Assembly: GCA_045105515.1 (NCBI GenBank)
Contig: JBGCDR010000051.1
Span: 1-64,000, forward strand
Reading direction: 5' to 3'
DNA length: 64,000 bases
Origin: Oligoflexales bacterium
GTDB taxonomy: Bacteria > Bdellovibrionota_B > Oligoflexia > Oligoflexales > Bog-1112
The notes beneath the pieces are model-generated. The model saw nothing but the letters and a program-made list of their open reading frames with translations, was not told where the DNA came from and did not search any database. A program made the translations under genes and the position numbers. This document shows, piece by piece, positions 9,523 to 19,264 of the stretch (its first letter is position 1; each line of letters starts with the position of its first letter).

Positions 9523-9900
9523 ATGGAGTATCCTGAGAACTTATTTTATACCAAAGACCACGAGTGGGTGTCGGGTGAATCAGGGACTGTAACCGTAGGG
9601 GTGACAGCTTATGCTATTGAGCAATTAGGCGACATTGTACATGTAGATTTGCCTGATGTAGGTGAGGAGTTTCATGAAGGAGATTCTTTTGGAACTATTG
9701 AGTCTACAAAAACAGTTTCTGATTTATATATGCCTGGAGAGGCAAAGGTAATTGAAGTCAATAAACTCGTTGCTAATAATCCCGAAGAAATTCAGGAGTC
9801 TCCCTACGATAAAGGCTGGTTGATCAAGGTTCAATTAAGTGAAAAAGCTAAAAGTTTGTTGAATTCAGGCGGTTACGAGAGCTACATCAAGGAAGATTAG
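9523..9900 (+). CDS. gcvH: Glycine cleavage system H protein
   Basis: YTKDHEW, lipoyl motif IESTKTVSD, PYDKGWL. Confidence 0.95.
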   Translation: MEYPENLFYTKDHEWVSGESGTVTVGVTAYAIEQLGDIVHVDLPDVGEEFHEGDSFGTIESTKTVSDLYMPGEAKVIEVNKLVANNPEEIQESPYDKGWLIKVQLSEKAKSLLNSGGYESYIKED

Positions 9901-10043
9901 ACCTACCATACTTATTGAACTCCTTAAAAGTCAAATATTTAAGATAATTAAGATTTATCTACAGCCTTTTTCCTAGGCATCGTGTAGCATTCTGCGTTTT
10001 GACCGCAAGTCAATGAGCTTCTTCCAATTGATAGAAAGTTTTT

Positions 10044-11312
10044 ATGATAAGTCATTTTCAGCAAGAACCTTCGGCTCTGTCTAAAAGAGCTAAGATAAAT
10101 CCAACCACAAGGGTTTTTATTGCTCTATTCCTCGGAATTTTTTTTGGTTTTGTCTTGGGTGAAAAGGCAATTCATCTTAAGTTTTTGGGGGACCTTTTTA
10201 TTAAAGCTGTCAGTATGACAGTGATTCCAGTGGTTTTTGTCTCGATGGTTTGCGGAGTAATTTCTATGAAAGATCCGATAAAAATGGGTCGCATAGCTAT
10301 TAAAACACTGTCCGTTTACTTCTTGACTATGGCTGGTGCAACATCAATGGCTCTATTTATCTCAACACAAGTTTTTTCACCAGGTAAAGGTTTAAAAATA
10401 CAAGCTCTTAGCGTTTCAGACCAAGAGACAATCATTACCAAGCCCATGAATTTTATTGAGACCCTAGTAGGGATGGTCCCATCCAATGTATTTACTTCGT
10501 TTTTAGAAGGTAATATTATTCAATTAATCGTTTTTGCATCCTTAATTGGTATCGCTATTAATTTAACAGGGAAGCACTCCAGGCCGTTAGAAGAGTTTTT
10601 CAACGGACTAATGCCGGTTGTTTTCAAGCTAGTTGAACTTGTAATGAAAATTGCTCCCATAGGGGTTTTTGGACTAATGGCAGTAGTGACAGGAACTCAA
10701 GGAATTGACGTTTTGAAAGCGCTCTTAAGTGTTGTTTTTGTTATCTTTGTATCTATGGCGGCGATTGTGACTTTTATTTATGGAGGTGGATTATTAGTCC
10801 TTGGTCGTATGAACCCCATTCCATTTTTTAAAAAAATGATTCCAGTACAGACCTTAGCTTTTAGCACCACAAGCAGTGCAGCAACCCTTCCTCTCAATAT
10901 GAAGGTAGGAGAAGAACGTTTGGGTCTTTCGAAGGGAATAGTAAGTTTTATCTTACCCTTAGGAGCCACTCTCAATATGAATGGATTATCTGCCTATATG
11001 GGGGTTGTGGCTGTATTCGCAACTAATATCTATGGAATCGAGTTTGGCCTCAAAGAAATGTTGCAAGTAGTTTTGACTTCAACCATCGCTGCGATTGGTT
11101 GTGCTGGTGTTCCTGCGGCGGGACTAATCGTTATGCCTGTTGTTCTTTCCTGTGTCGGTGTACCACTCAAAATAATTGGTGTTATGGCTGCTGTTGATAG
11201 GATCATAGATATGCTGTGCACGACCATCAATATCACAGGTGACACGTTTGCTGCCGTTTTAGTAGCAAAAAGTGAGAATGAGATCTCACTCAAACAATAT
11301 CAAGAAAAATGA
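10044..11312 (+). CDS. Dicarboxylate/amino acid:cation symporter (DAACS)
   Basis: AFSTTSSAATLP, PLGATLNMNG, AGVP, DRIIDM..T..NITGD motifs. Confidence 0.92.
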   Translation: MISHFQQEPSALSKRAKINPTTRVFIALFLGIFFGFVLGEKAIHLKFLGDLFIKAVSMTVIPVVFVSMVCGVISMKDPIKMGRIAIKTLSVYFLTMAGATSMALFISTQVFSPGKGLKIQALSVSDQETIITKPMNFIETLVGMVPSNVFTSFLEGNIIQLIVFASLIGIAINLTGKHSRPLEEFFNGLMPVVFKLVELVMKIAPIGVFGLMAVVTGTQGIDVLKALLSVVFVIFVSMAAIVTFIYGGGLLVLGRMNPIPFFKKMIPVQTLAFSTTSSAATLPLNMKVGEERLGLSKGIVSFILPLGATLNMNGLSAYMGVVAVFATNIYGIEFGLKEMLQVVLTSTIAAIGCAGVPAAGLIVMPVVLSCVGVPLKIIGVMAAVDRIIDMLCTTINITGDTFAAVLVAKSENEISLKQYQEK

Positions 11313-11406
11313 TCCGGATAAAAAATAAGATTTACTCCCACTGAAATCTCATTCGCGGTAAAATATAGGACACAACTCCACTACCAATGTGCTTCAGGAG
11401 GGCGTC

Positions 11407-12603
11407 TTGATACGACCTAGTATTTTTTTATTTTTAGTGATCCTGTGTTCTTGTCAGCTTACAGAGAAAAAGAAACCAAGAACAAATGAAACTTCAAGCA
11501 ATGTTGAAGCTCTTAAGTTACCTGAATTGGAAACTAAGAAGAAAGACAAGAGTTCTCTGAAATTTACTGTCATTGGTACGAAGACTTTCCAATTAGGCGA
11601 TTACCATTTGCCTGTGGTGGAGCTAGGTTTTAATGAAGCTCCATGGGACTATATTTTGTTTAGTGCATGCCAGCAAGATACTAGTAAGTTGTGCATTGAC
11701 GGCAAGGGGGTCGGGAAAGAGATATTGGTTCCATTGCTTGATAAAGGTACTTATAAAGTTGAGCTTAAAGCCTGTTTGGAACTGGACACCACTGTATGTG
11801 GACCTACTGTCAGAACTTTTGCACGTATGGAAAGATCGCTTCCTTCGGAAATTGCTACATATATCATGGAAAATTTTGCAATTGCACAGGATACTGAAAA
11901 GCTAGTTGCCGATCTGAAAATCAAGACGAAAAAATACCTGGACTCACCAAATCCGGCAAAAAATCCAGAGGAAGAGAAGCTCGATGAAATGCTAGCTTAT
12001 TTTTTACAAGTGAATGATGTTGCGATAGCACGCTTATATTTGTCGGATGCATATCTTGGAACAAAAGCAAAATATATTGAAGAAAAACAAAAAAAGCAGA
12101 CTACTTCTAGTACAGAGACTGAATCAGAACGACCACCTTTCCCAGAGGTAAAGGTTAAAAATGAGAGTGATTCTGAGGATAACAATGTAATTCAGGATTA
12201 TTGGAACAGAGAACGTAAGTATGGAATGGTTTTGATCGTCTTAGGTATTTCTTTACCATATGTTTATGGTACTGCTGCATATATGTTAGCACCATTTGCT
12301 TTTGGTGCTGCGGGAGGAATGGTCGCTGCTCCTATTTCTGGGTTCAAAGGTGCTAAGCGAGTTTCCGGAAAAATTTACTCATATACTAAAAGCAAGGTGG
12401 TAAGGGGATTCGTATCAATTATAGCTACTTTTATAGGAATTTCGACAGGAATTTCTGTGGTGGCTAGTGGATTTGATAAATTAATGCTTACGGACTTAAA
12501 TAAGCGACAAAAGCTTCTTCATGAATTTGATTTGGCAACAATACAACTTGAGAAGCTAAGAGACAGGAATGAATTGATTTTGCGAAAATTAAAGCTTAAA
12601 TGA
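11407..12603 (+). CDS. Hypothetical lipoprotein with C-terminal hydrophobic helices
   Basis: SD AGGAGGG then TTG 11407; lipobox LCSC; four-Cys beta-rich region; two Gly/Ala-rich hydrophobic segments. Confidence 0.7.
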   Translation: MIRPSIFLFLVILCSCQLTEKKKPRTNETSSNVEALKLPELETKKKDKSSLKFTVIGTKTFQLGDYHLPVVELGFNEAPWDYILFSACQQDTSKLCIDGKGVGKEILVPLLDKGTYKVELKACLELDTTVCGPTVRTFARMERSLPSEIATYIMENFAIAQDTEKLVADLKIKTKKYLDSPNPAKNPEEEKLDEMLAYFLQVNDVAIARLYLSDAYLGTKAKYIEEKQKKQTTSSTETESERPPFPEVKVKNESDSEDNNVIQDYWNRERKYGMVLIVLGISLPYVYGTAAYMLAPFAFGAAGGMVAAPISGFKGAKRVSGKIYSYTKSKVVRGFVSIIATFIGISTGISVVASGFDKLMLTDLNKRQKLLHEFDLATIQLEKLRDRNELILRKLKLK

Positions 12604-12738
12604 TTAGCAAACTTGGGATTATTCCACTTCCCATAACTCCTTACCCCAACAATTCCTAAAAAATTTTTGTTTGTAGTAATTCGATGAATTTGCAAAATCA
12701 TGTGCTGTTGCATTTGGTTTTTGAGAGGAGATAAACTT

Positions 12739-13110
12739 ATGCGTTGGACGACATTGGTATTGATGAGTAGTTTATTTGGTGCTTTGGCAGTAGCATTTGG
12801 TGCTTTCGGGGCGCATGGTTTAAAGGGCAGAGTTTCAGAAGCGGATCTTCAGATCTATGATCTTGCGGTTAGATACCAAATGTATCATGCTTTAGCTTTA
12901 TTAGGGCTTGGGCTGGTAGCTAGCAAATTGGATCACCCGGCTTTGAATATTTCTGGTATTTGCTTTTGCGTCGGTATTTTCTTGTTTTCGGGTTCACTAT
13001 ACACAATAGTGGCCTCAGGAATTAGGTGGTTCGGAGCAATAACCCCAATAGGTGGGCTTGCTTTAATAGCTGGTTGGCTTATCCTTGGCTGGGCCGTGGC
13101 TTTCAAATAA
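12739..13110 (+). CDS. DUF423 (YgdD/TMEM256) membrane protein
   Basis: GAFGAHGL, YQMYHALAL, FSGSLY, ITPIGG; SD GAGGAG before ATG 12739. Confidence 0.92.
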   Translation: MRWTTLVLMSSLFGALAVAFGAFGAHGLKGRVSEADLQIYDLAVRYQMYHALALLGLGLVASKLDHPALNISGICFCVGIFLFSGSLYTIVASGIRWFGAITPIGGLALIAGWLILGWAVAFK

Positions 13111-13124
13111 GAAATAGTAATTTT

Positions 13125-15191
13125 ATGATTGATATTAATACATTAAATCCTGAGCAATATGAGGCTGCGAGTAACTTTAATGGCCCGATGATGATACTTG
13201 CAGGAGCTGGAACAGGAAAAACACGTGTGGTTACTTATCGAATTGCCCATATGATGGATCGAGGTGTCCTACCGCGCCATATTGCTGCTATGACCTTTAC
13301 CAACAAGGCTGCTACGGAAATGAAGGAACGAATTGGAGGCTTGGTTGGATACAAACGAGCTCAATCGCTCAATATAAGCACCTTCCATAGTTTTTGCTTA
13401 AAATTATTGCGTAGTTATGGTCGATATGCGGGTTTGCCTTCAAAGTTTACTCTTGTTGGAACTGCGGACCAGCTAGACCTTGTTCGCAGGGCATTGGAGG
13501 AGAAGTCTTGGACAGGTTTATACCGAGTTGACCAGCTTCATGCACAGATCGGACAATGTAAAAATGAACTGATTAGCCCTCAAGACCTTGCAAATGGTAT
13601 TCTACCCAAGCAAGCAGAATGTGATCCCGAGCTTTTGGCTGCAGTCTATGCAGTTTATGAGCGGCAGCTTGAGTTGAACCGTGCAATTGATTTTGATGAC
13701 TGCATTTTCAAAGTTGTGAAAATGTTGCGAACTCATGAAAAGATCAAGAAGAAACTTCAATCAATGTATCAGTATATGTTGGTTGATGAATTTCAAGACA
13801 CAAATGCGGCTCAATTCTCTGTCCTTGAAGAACTTGCTTTGGGTACTGGTAATATCTGCGTAGTCGGGGACGACGACCAGTCAATCTATAGCTGGCGTGG
13901 AGCGATGTTTGAGACTCTTGAACGTTTTGAAAAGACTTTTGCTGGGACCAAGGTGGTCAAGCTAGAGCAAAATTACCGTTGTTCAAATGTAATACTTACT
14001 GCAGCTAACCATGTCATTAAGAATAATTTGCATCGTAAAGAAAAAACTCTTTGGAGCAAGTCAGACATAAATAAACCTCTAGTGATCGCAGGTCTTGATG
14101 ATCCTGCTGAAGAGGCTAGGTGGATTAGTGAAAAGTGTTTGTCTTTGATAGGAAGGGGATATAAGCCAAGTGATATTGCAATATTATATCGTGCAAATGC
14201 CCAGGCTAAAGCAATTGAATTAGCATTGCGGGAATGTAACCTGTTCTATAAGACTTTTGGAGGACAAAGCTTCTTTGAAAAAAAGGAAGTAAAGGATTTT
14301 CTAGCTTATCTGCGTCTTGTGATCAATCCAGATGATCATTTGTCTCTATGGAGAATAATTAATACCCCTCCTCGTGGTATAGGTTTAAAAACTCAAGAGC
14401 AAGTTGAAAAGCTAGCAAAATCAAGGGATTGCTCCCCATTTGAGGTTATGAAGGGAGATTTGTGCGATGAAATTTCAACAGGCAGTAAAAAAGCCATCAA
14501 AGGTTTTGTTGCTTTAATTGAGGAATTAGGCAGCCTGCCTTTAGAGAGCGCTAACGATTGTGCTGCACTTGGAAATGCAATTCTAGAAAAGAGTGCTCTC
14601 TTAGACTATTGTAAGCAGGGTGCAAAGAACGTTCTTAGCCGTAAGCATAAAGTCAATAATTTAAAAAGTTTACCTAAATGGTTGGAAAAAGCAGCCGGAG
14701 ATCAAAAAGAGGAACGGGGTGAAGTTGACTGTTACAAATTATTAGACATTCTTACCTTAGGGGATGAGCTTAGATTTAACACAGAAGAAGAAAACCCCGT
14801 ACATATTTCTTTGATGACGATCCATGCCTCTAAAGGTTTGGAATTTCCTGCTATCTTCATTGCTGGCATGGAAGAAGGAAGCCTTCCGCACAGAAATAGC
14901 GTTGAAGCCGGGGATGTGCAGATTTCTGAGGAAAGACGGCTTTTTTATGTAGCTTTAACCCGGGCAAAAGCTGAGCTGTTTTTGTCGTTTGCTGCTGTAA
15001 GACAAAGTGGATTTCAAAAAGAAGAGCGAAAAAAGAGTCGTTTTCTTAAAGAGCTTCCAGTTCATGAAGGGGCTATAGAAGAACATTCTAAACAATTGGA
15101 TAAACGAGAGAAAAAGCAGGAAGAAAAAAAGCGAACCCTGACAAAACTTTCTGCTATTCGAGAGAGCCTTCTGGATGGAAGTTGGGACTAA
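13125..15191 (+). CDS. ATP-dependent DNA helicase, UvrD/Rep family
   Basis: LAGAGTGKT, TFTNKAA, VDEFQD, LEQNYR, TIHASKGLEF, EERRLFYVALTRA. Confidence 0.95.
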   Translation: MIDINTLNPEQYEAASNFNGPMMILAGAGTGKTRVVTYRIAHMMDRGVLPRHIAAMTFTNKAATEMKERIGGLVGYKRAQSLNISTFHSFCLKLLRSYGRYAGLPSKFTLVGTADQLDLVRRALEEKSWTGLYRVDQLHAQIGQCKNELISPQDLANGILPKQAECDPELLAAVYAVYERQLELNRAIDFDDCIFKVVKMLRTHEKIKKKLQSMYQYMLVDEFQDTNAAQFSVLEELALGTGNICVVGDDDQSIYSWRGAMFETLERFEKTFAGTKVVKLEQNYRCSNVILTAANHVIKNNLHRKEKTLWSKSDINKPLVIAGLDDPAEEARWISEKCLSLIGRGYKPSDIAILYRANAQAKAIELALRECNLFYKTFGGQSFFEKKEVKDFLAYLRLVINPDDHLSLWRIINTPPRGIGLKTQEQVEKLAKSRDCSPFEVMKGDLCDEISTGSKKAIKGFVALIEELGSLPLESANDCAALGNAILEKSALLDYCKQGAKNVLSRKHKVNNLKSLPKWLEKAAGDQKEERGEVDCYKLLDILTLGDELRFNTEEENPVHISLMTIHASKGLEFPAIFIAGMEEGSLPHRNSVEAGDVQISEERRLFYVALTRAKAELFLSFAAVRQSGFQKEERKKSRFLKELPVHEGAIEEHSKQLDKREKKQEEKKRTLTKLSAIRESLLDGSWD

Positions 15192-16069
15192 ATATCTAAC
15201 GTCCCTTTTTCTTTAACAAATTCTTTCAATTTCTTGACAATTCTAGATTCAATTTGTCTTGCTCTCTCGCGGGATATACCATAAGCGTCGCCAATTTCCT
15301 GCAATGTCATTGGTTTATCTGCCACTAGACGCCTATTAAAAATATCAAGGTCCCTGCCACTAAGATTTCCTTTAAACTCTTCCAAATGCTGCGCAAAAAT
15401 GTACTTTACCTGTGCATCTGAAAGCAACTCCTCGATATTCACGGAATTTTTATCTTGGATCAGGTCCGCCCGTGTTCCTTGTGTACCTTCGTCGTTGCTA
15501 ATAGGAGCATCTAATGACATATCCGGTGCTTGAAGACGCTTTTGCATTTCAATAACATCTTTTTCTGGTACATCGAGGCTTTTTGCAATGAGCTTAGGAT
15601 CAACCGTGTCATACTCTGATAGTAGTTTGTCGGTCTCTTTTTGCAGGTTATAAAAAAGTTTTCGTTGAGCTGCAGTTGTTGCTATTTTGACCTGACTCTT
15701 ATTATCCAAAAGGTACTTAAGAATATATGCACGAATCCACCAAGCTGAATAACTGGAAAGCTTGACCCCTTTGTAAGGGTTGAACTTTTTTACAGCTTGC
15801 ATTAGACCGTAGTTTCCTTCTTGAATCAAATCGAGCAAACCAGCCTGAGCTTTTCTAAAATCATTTGCGATCTTAACTACTAAGCGTAAGTTAGATGTAA
15901 TTAAACGGTGAGCTGCTTGTATATCGTCACTTTCATAGTGCTTTTTAGCTAGTTCTAATTCTTCTTCAGGCTCTAGCAAAGGGTATTTAGCGATTTCCTG
16001 GAGATATAGCTGTAGTGGTGATATGTTAGCTGGAGACTTGGATCCAGCTGGTATTGGTAATTTGCTCAC
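15188..16069 (-). CDS. rpoH: RNA polymerase sigma-32 family factor
   Basis: SNLRLVVKIA, DLIQEGN.GL, RpoH box QRKLFYNL, region 4 SRERARQIE. Confidence 0.9.
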   Translation of the reverse strand: MSKLPIPAGSKSPANISPLQLYLQEIAKYPLLEPEEELELAKKHYESDDIQAAHRLITSNLRLVVKIANDFRKAQAGLLDLIQEGNYGLMQAVKKFNPYKGVKLSSYSAWWIRAYILKYLLDNKSQVKIATTAAQRKLFYNLQKETDKLLSEYDTVDPKLIAKSLDVPEKDVIEMQKRLQAPDMSLDAPISNDEGTQGTRADLIQDKNSVNIEELLSDAQVKYIFAQHLEEFKGNLSGRDLDIFNRRLVADKPMTLQEIGDAYGISRERARQIESRIVKKLKEFVKEKGTLDI

Positions 16070-16137
16070 TAGTTATCACCTTCTAGAAATTAGTAATCCA
16101 GCTTGAATAATTGTTAATCCTCATAAGGGCCTGAACC

Positions 16138-17070
16138 ATGGCTGGAATAGGCATCATAGCAAATCCGCACTCCAAATTAAACAAACGAAATCCGAGGCGA
16201 CAGCACCTGCTGAGCTATATTGCTGGTGAAAAGGGACGTTTAGAGGTCACCAATAACCTGGATGAGCTACGCAAAGTGGCTCAAGATTTTCGTCACCGCG
16301 CAATAAAAATTTTGGCAATAAATGGTGGAGACGGTACTATCAGTCGCACAATTACCGCATTTATTGATGCATATCAAGAAGAACCCTTACCAAAAATAGC
16401 ACTTTTGGGAGGAGGAACTATGAATATGCTAGCAGATAATCTTGGTATTAAAGGAAGTCCTGAAGAAAACTTGTTTCGCTTAATTGAGCAGCACTCGCTT
16501 CTGGAAGAAGAAAATGTCTTTCCTCTAAATACAATAAAAATTGGCAGTGATTATGGGTTTTTGTTTGCTGATGGGACAAGCGCTCGATTCCTGGATGAAT
16601 TTTATAAAAATAAAACTAGTGCGTTAGGTTCTGCCAGTTTGGTTATTAAAGCTGCTGTTTCAGCATTGGTCAATGGGTCACTGTTTCGCAAAATTGTGAA
16701 GGGGGATATGGTCTCTATAACTCCTATTAATCAAGAAAATATTAGAGTTTTGTCTCTTTCTGTTCTCGTTTCAAGTGTCCCTAAAATTCCTCATGGAATT
16801 CAAATGTTTCCAGAAGTTTCTCAAGGAGACGAAGGTTTTAATGTTTTATGTATTACCCTAAAGGTTGAGGAAGTGATCCGTAAGTTTTTTCAGACGCTCT
16901 TATTTAAGCCGTATAGGGAAGGGTATGGTAAAATAAGATTCCGTTCATCTGGTTTACAAATAAAACATGAAAATTCTATGCCTTATACTCTGGATGGGGA
17001 ACTTTTTAGTGCTGATAGCGGTATGATCAAGTTAGAAAAAGGTCCAGAGATTCAATTCTTAAAAATATAA
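16138..17070 (+). CDS. Diacylglycerol/lipid kinase family protein (DAGK catalytic)
   Basis: IIANPHS, GGDGT, GGTMNMLA, TLDGE motifs. Confidence 0.88.
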   Translation: MAGIGIIANPHSKLNKRNPRRQHLLSYIAGEKGRLEVTNNLDELRKVAQDFRHRAIKILAINGGDGTISRTITAFIDAYQEEPLPKIALLGGGTMNMLADNLGIKGSPEENLFRLIEQHSLLEEENVFPLNTIKIGSDYGFLFADGTSARFLDEFYKNKTSALGSASLVIKAAVSALVNGSLFRKIVKGDMVSITPINQENIRVLSLSVLVSSVPKIPHGIQMFPEVSQGDEGFNVLCITLKVEEVIRKFFQTLLFKPYREGYGKIRFRSSGLQIKHENSMPYTLDGELFSADSGMIKLEKGPEIQFLKI

Positions 17071-18105
17071 GTGAAATTTATGATGGAATCTAAAGATAGT
17101 CGACAAACTAGATCCCCCATAGACATTCTAAGTTTGAAAACAAAAGCACCTAACTTGAAGGTTAGCTGGTTGGCAGGGGATGGGTCGGATCGATCTTATT
17201 TTCGATTATCCGACTGTGAAGTAGGTAAAAGCTGGGTTCTCATGCAACTTGGCGATCTTGATCGCAAGGCTCTCCAAAGCCATGAATATGATTGGATTCA
17301 CGTTCAACATGTATTGCGTAAGGCTGGGCTTCGAGTACCGGAGTTGTATCATATTTTCTCTGACTTTGGTGAAATTGTAATCGAAGATTGTGATAATCAT
17401 GTTTTCGAGCAAGAAATTATAAGGTTTAGTAAAGCGTCGGATACTAAGAAAATAGAAGAGTTATATTTAAAAGCTTTTGCTCTAATAGCAAAGATGCTCA
17501 AAATCAGGAAATCAAAACAGGATGTTTGGTGCTCTCGTTCATTTGATCAAGAAAAATTATCTCAAGAGCTTCATTTTTTTGTTGAGAAATACTTGGTCAA
17601 AAATTTAAAGATGAACTTTAATAGGCAAGAAAAGAAGCTCTTAACATTTGATATAGAAACACTTTCCACTTTTCTTGCTAATAGACCTCAATTCTTTGTA
17701 CACAGAGATTTTCATTCGAGAAATCTCATGATTAGGGATGATGAATTGATTGTCATCGATTTTCAGGATGCAAGGCTTGGGCCTTGCGCATATGATCTTG
17801 TTTCTCTTTGTTTTGATTCTTATGTGCCTATAGGTTTAGAACTGCGTCGTAACCTTCTTAACGAAGCTAAATATTTTTTATCCAAGACAGTAGATCCGAT
17901 TTTGAATCAAGAATTGACCATAACTTCAGAAGCTATGTTGTTACAAAGGCAATTGAAAGCACTTGGTAGTTTTGCATTTTTGACCTTAGATATGAATCGT
18001 GGAGATTACTTACAGTATAGTAAATCTGCAATTGAAACCATTGCAGGTAGTTTTGATAAACGTTGGCCGTTTTTGTCCGGCGCCATGCTGGAAAAAATTC
18101 AATAA
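17071..18105 (+). CDS. amgK: AmgK-like N-acetylmuramate/GlcNAc kinase (APH family)
   Basis: LAGDGSDRSYFR, HRDFHSRNLM, IDFQDARLGP..YDLVSL; adjacent to a MurU-like gene. Confidence 0.8.
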   Translation: MKFMMESKDSRQTRSPIDILSLKTKAPNLKVSWLAGDGSDRSYFRLSDCEVGKSWVLMQLGDLDRKALQSHEYDWIHVQHVLRKAGLRVPELYHIFSDFGEIVIEDCDNHVFEQEIIRFSKASDTKKIEELYLKAFALIAKMLKIRKSKQDVWCSRSFDQEKLSQELHFFVEKYLVKNLKMNFNRQEKKLLTFDIETLSTFLANRPQFFVHRDFHSRNLMIRDDELIVIDFQDARLGPCAYDLVSLCFDSYVPIGLELRRNLLNEAKYFLSKTVDPILNQELTITSEAMLLQRQLKALGSFAFLTLDMNRGDYLQYSKSAIETIAGSFDKRWPFLSGAMLEKIQ

Positions 18106-18119
18106 ATCTAAGGATCTAC

Positions 18120-19172
18120 ATGACTTCTTCTTCTAAATATCTAAACAAATATGTAGGTGTCATCTTGGCGGCTGGTTTTGGCTCTCGTTTGCAACCTATG
18201 ACCAAGTTAGTGCCAAAACCTCTCATACCATTTATGGGAGTACCCTTACTCTATCTCAATCTTGAAAGGCTTGTCACACTTGGCCTTGATCGCTACATTG
18301 TAAATGCTCATTACTTAGCAGATCAAATTGTAGAAGCAGTTGATATTTATCCACGTCCTCTGGCTATCCATACTTCTGTAGAAACCGAAATTTTGGGAAC
18401 GGGTGGTGCTTATGCTCCTATGCATAAAATTAGAAAAGGAAGACCTCTTGTCGTAGTAAATGGAGATATTATAAGCGATTTTAGCTTTAATCGATTAATC
18501 TCCCATCATGAGGCAATAGGTGCTTCAGCAAGCATGGGTCTTTTGGACAAACCTCACGGAGATAGTGAAGCGATAATTTGGGTTCAAGATGGAAAAGTTG
18601 TCCGCATCGGAGGAGGCAGGCCGAATGCTGAATGCTCCGGGCATGGCTATGCATGCGTGCAAGTATTAGGCGATCAATTCCTAAATCAGATAAAAAAAGG
18701 ATCAAAAAAACCTATTATCTCTTACTACAAGACTGCTCTTGAAGAGGGTCAGGTTATCGGAGCCTATTCTGAAAAATGCTTTTGGTATGATCTTGGGACT
18801 CCAAAAAATTACTGGAAAGCTCATAGAGATTATTTGCTAAGGTTAAGTGGTGATCAAGGTTTGATGGCTCGCGATGAGTTAAGTGTCTTTAGATTTGCAA
18901 AAGAATTTATGAATACTACTTATCGTTTAGTGGTAAAAGATTTCAAGGATCAGGAAAATAATCATTATCTTAGTCCATCTTTAATAGGAGATGGGTTAAG
19001 TCTCAGTCGTAATAGTTTACTTGGCCCATTCGCAATTACAACTGGTAACATCTCAATGGATCCAAATGTTCGGATAAGAGACAGTGTTGTTTGTGATAAT
19101 CTGCAGTTACCTGAACAAACATTGATGCAAGATTGCCTGTATTTCAAAGGTATGTCGATGCCACTTAAGTGA
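18120..19172 (+). CDS. murU: NDP-sugar nucleotidyltransferase, MurU-like
   Basis: LAAGFGSRLQPMT..PKPL, LGTGG, NGD, WYDLGTP; downstream of amgK. Confidence 0.7.
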   Translation: MTSSSKYLNKYVGVILAAGFGSRLQPMTKLVPKPLIPFMGVPLLYLNLERLVTLGLDRYIVNAHYLADQIVEAVDIYPRPLAIHTSVETEILGTGGAYAPMHKIRKGRPLVVVNGDIISDFSFNRLISHHEAIGASASMGLLDKPHGDSEAIIWVQDGKVVRIGGGRPNAECSGHGYACVQVLGDQFLNQIKKGSKKPIISYYKTALEEGQVIGAYSEKCFWYDLGTPKNYWKAHRDYLLRLSGDQGLMARDELSVFRFAKEFMNTTYRLVVKDFKDQENNHYLSPSLIGDGLSLSRNSLLGPFAITTGNISMDPNVRIRDSVVCDNLQLPEQTLMQDCLYFKGMSMPLK

Positions 19173-19264
19173 TCGTCGCTAAACATAATTTAATTTAATT
19201 GCAGGCAAAAATGCGTTGATATTTCTCATAAATAATCTGTTTTAATTTTTAGAAAGGAATATTA

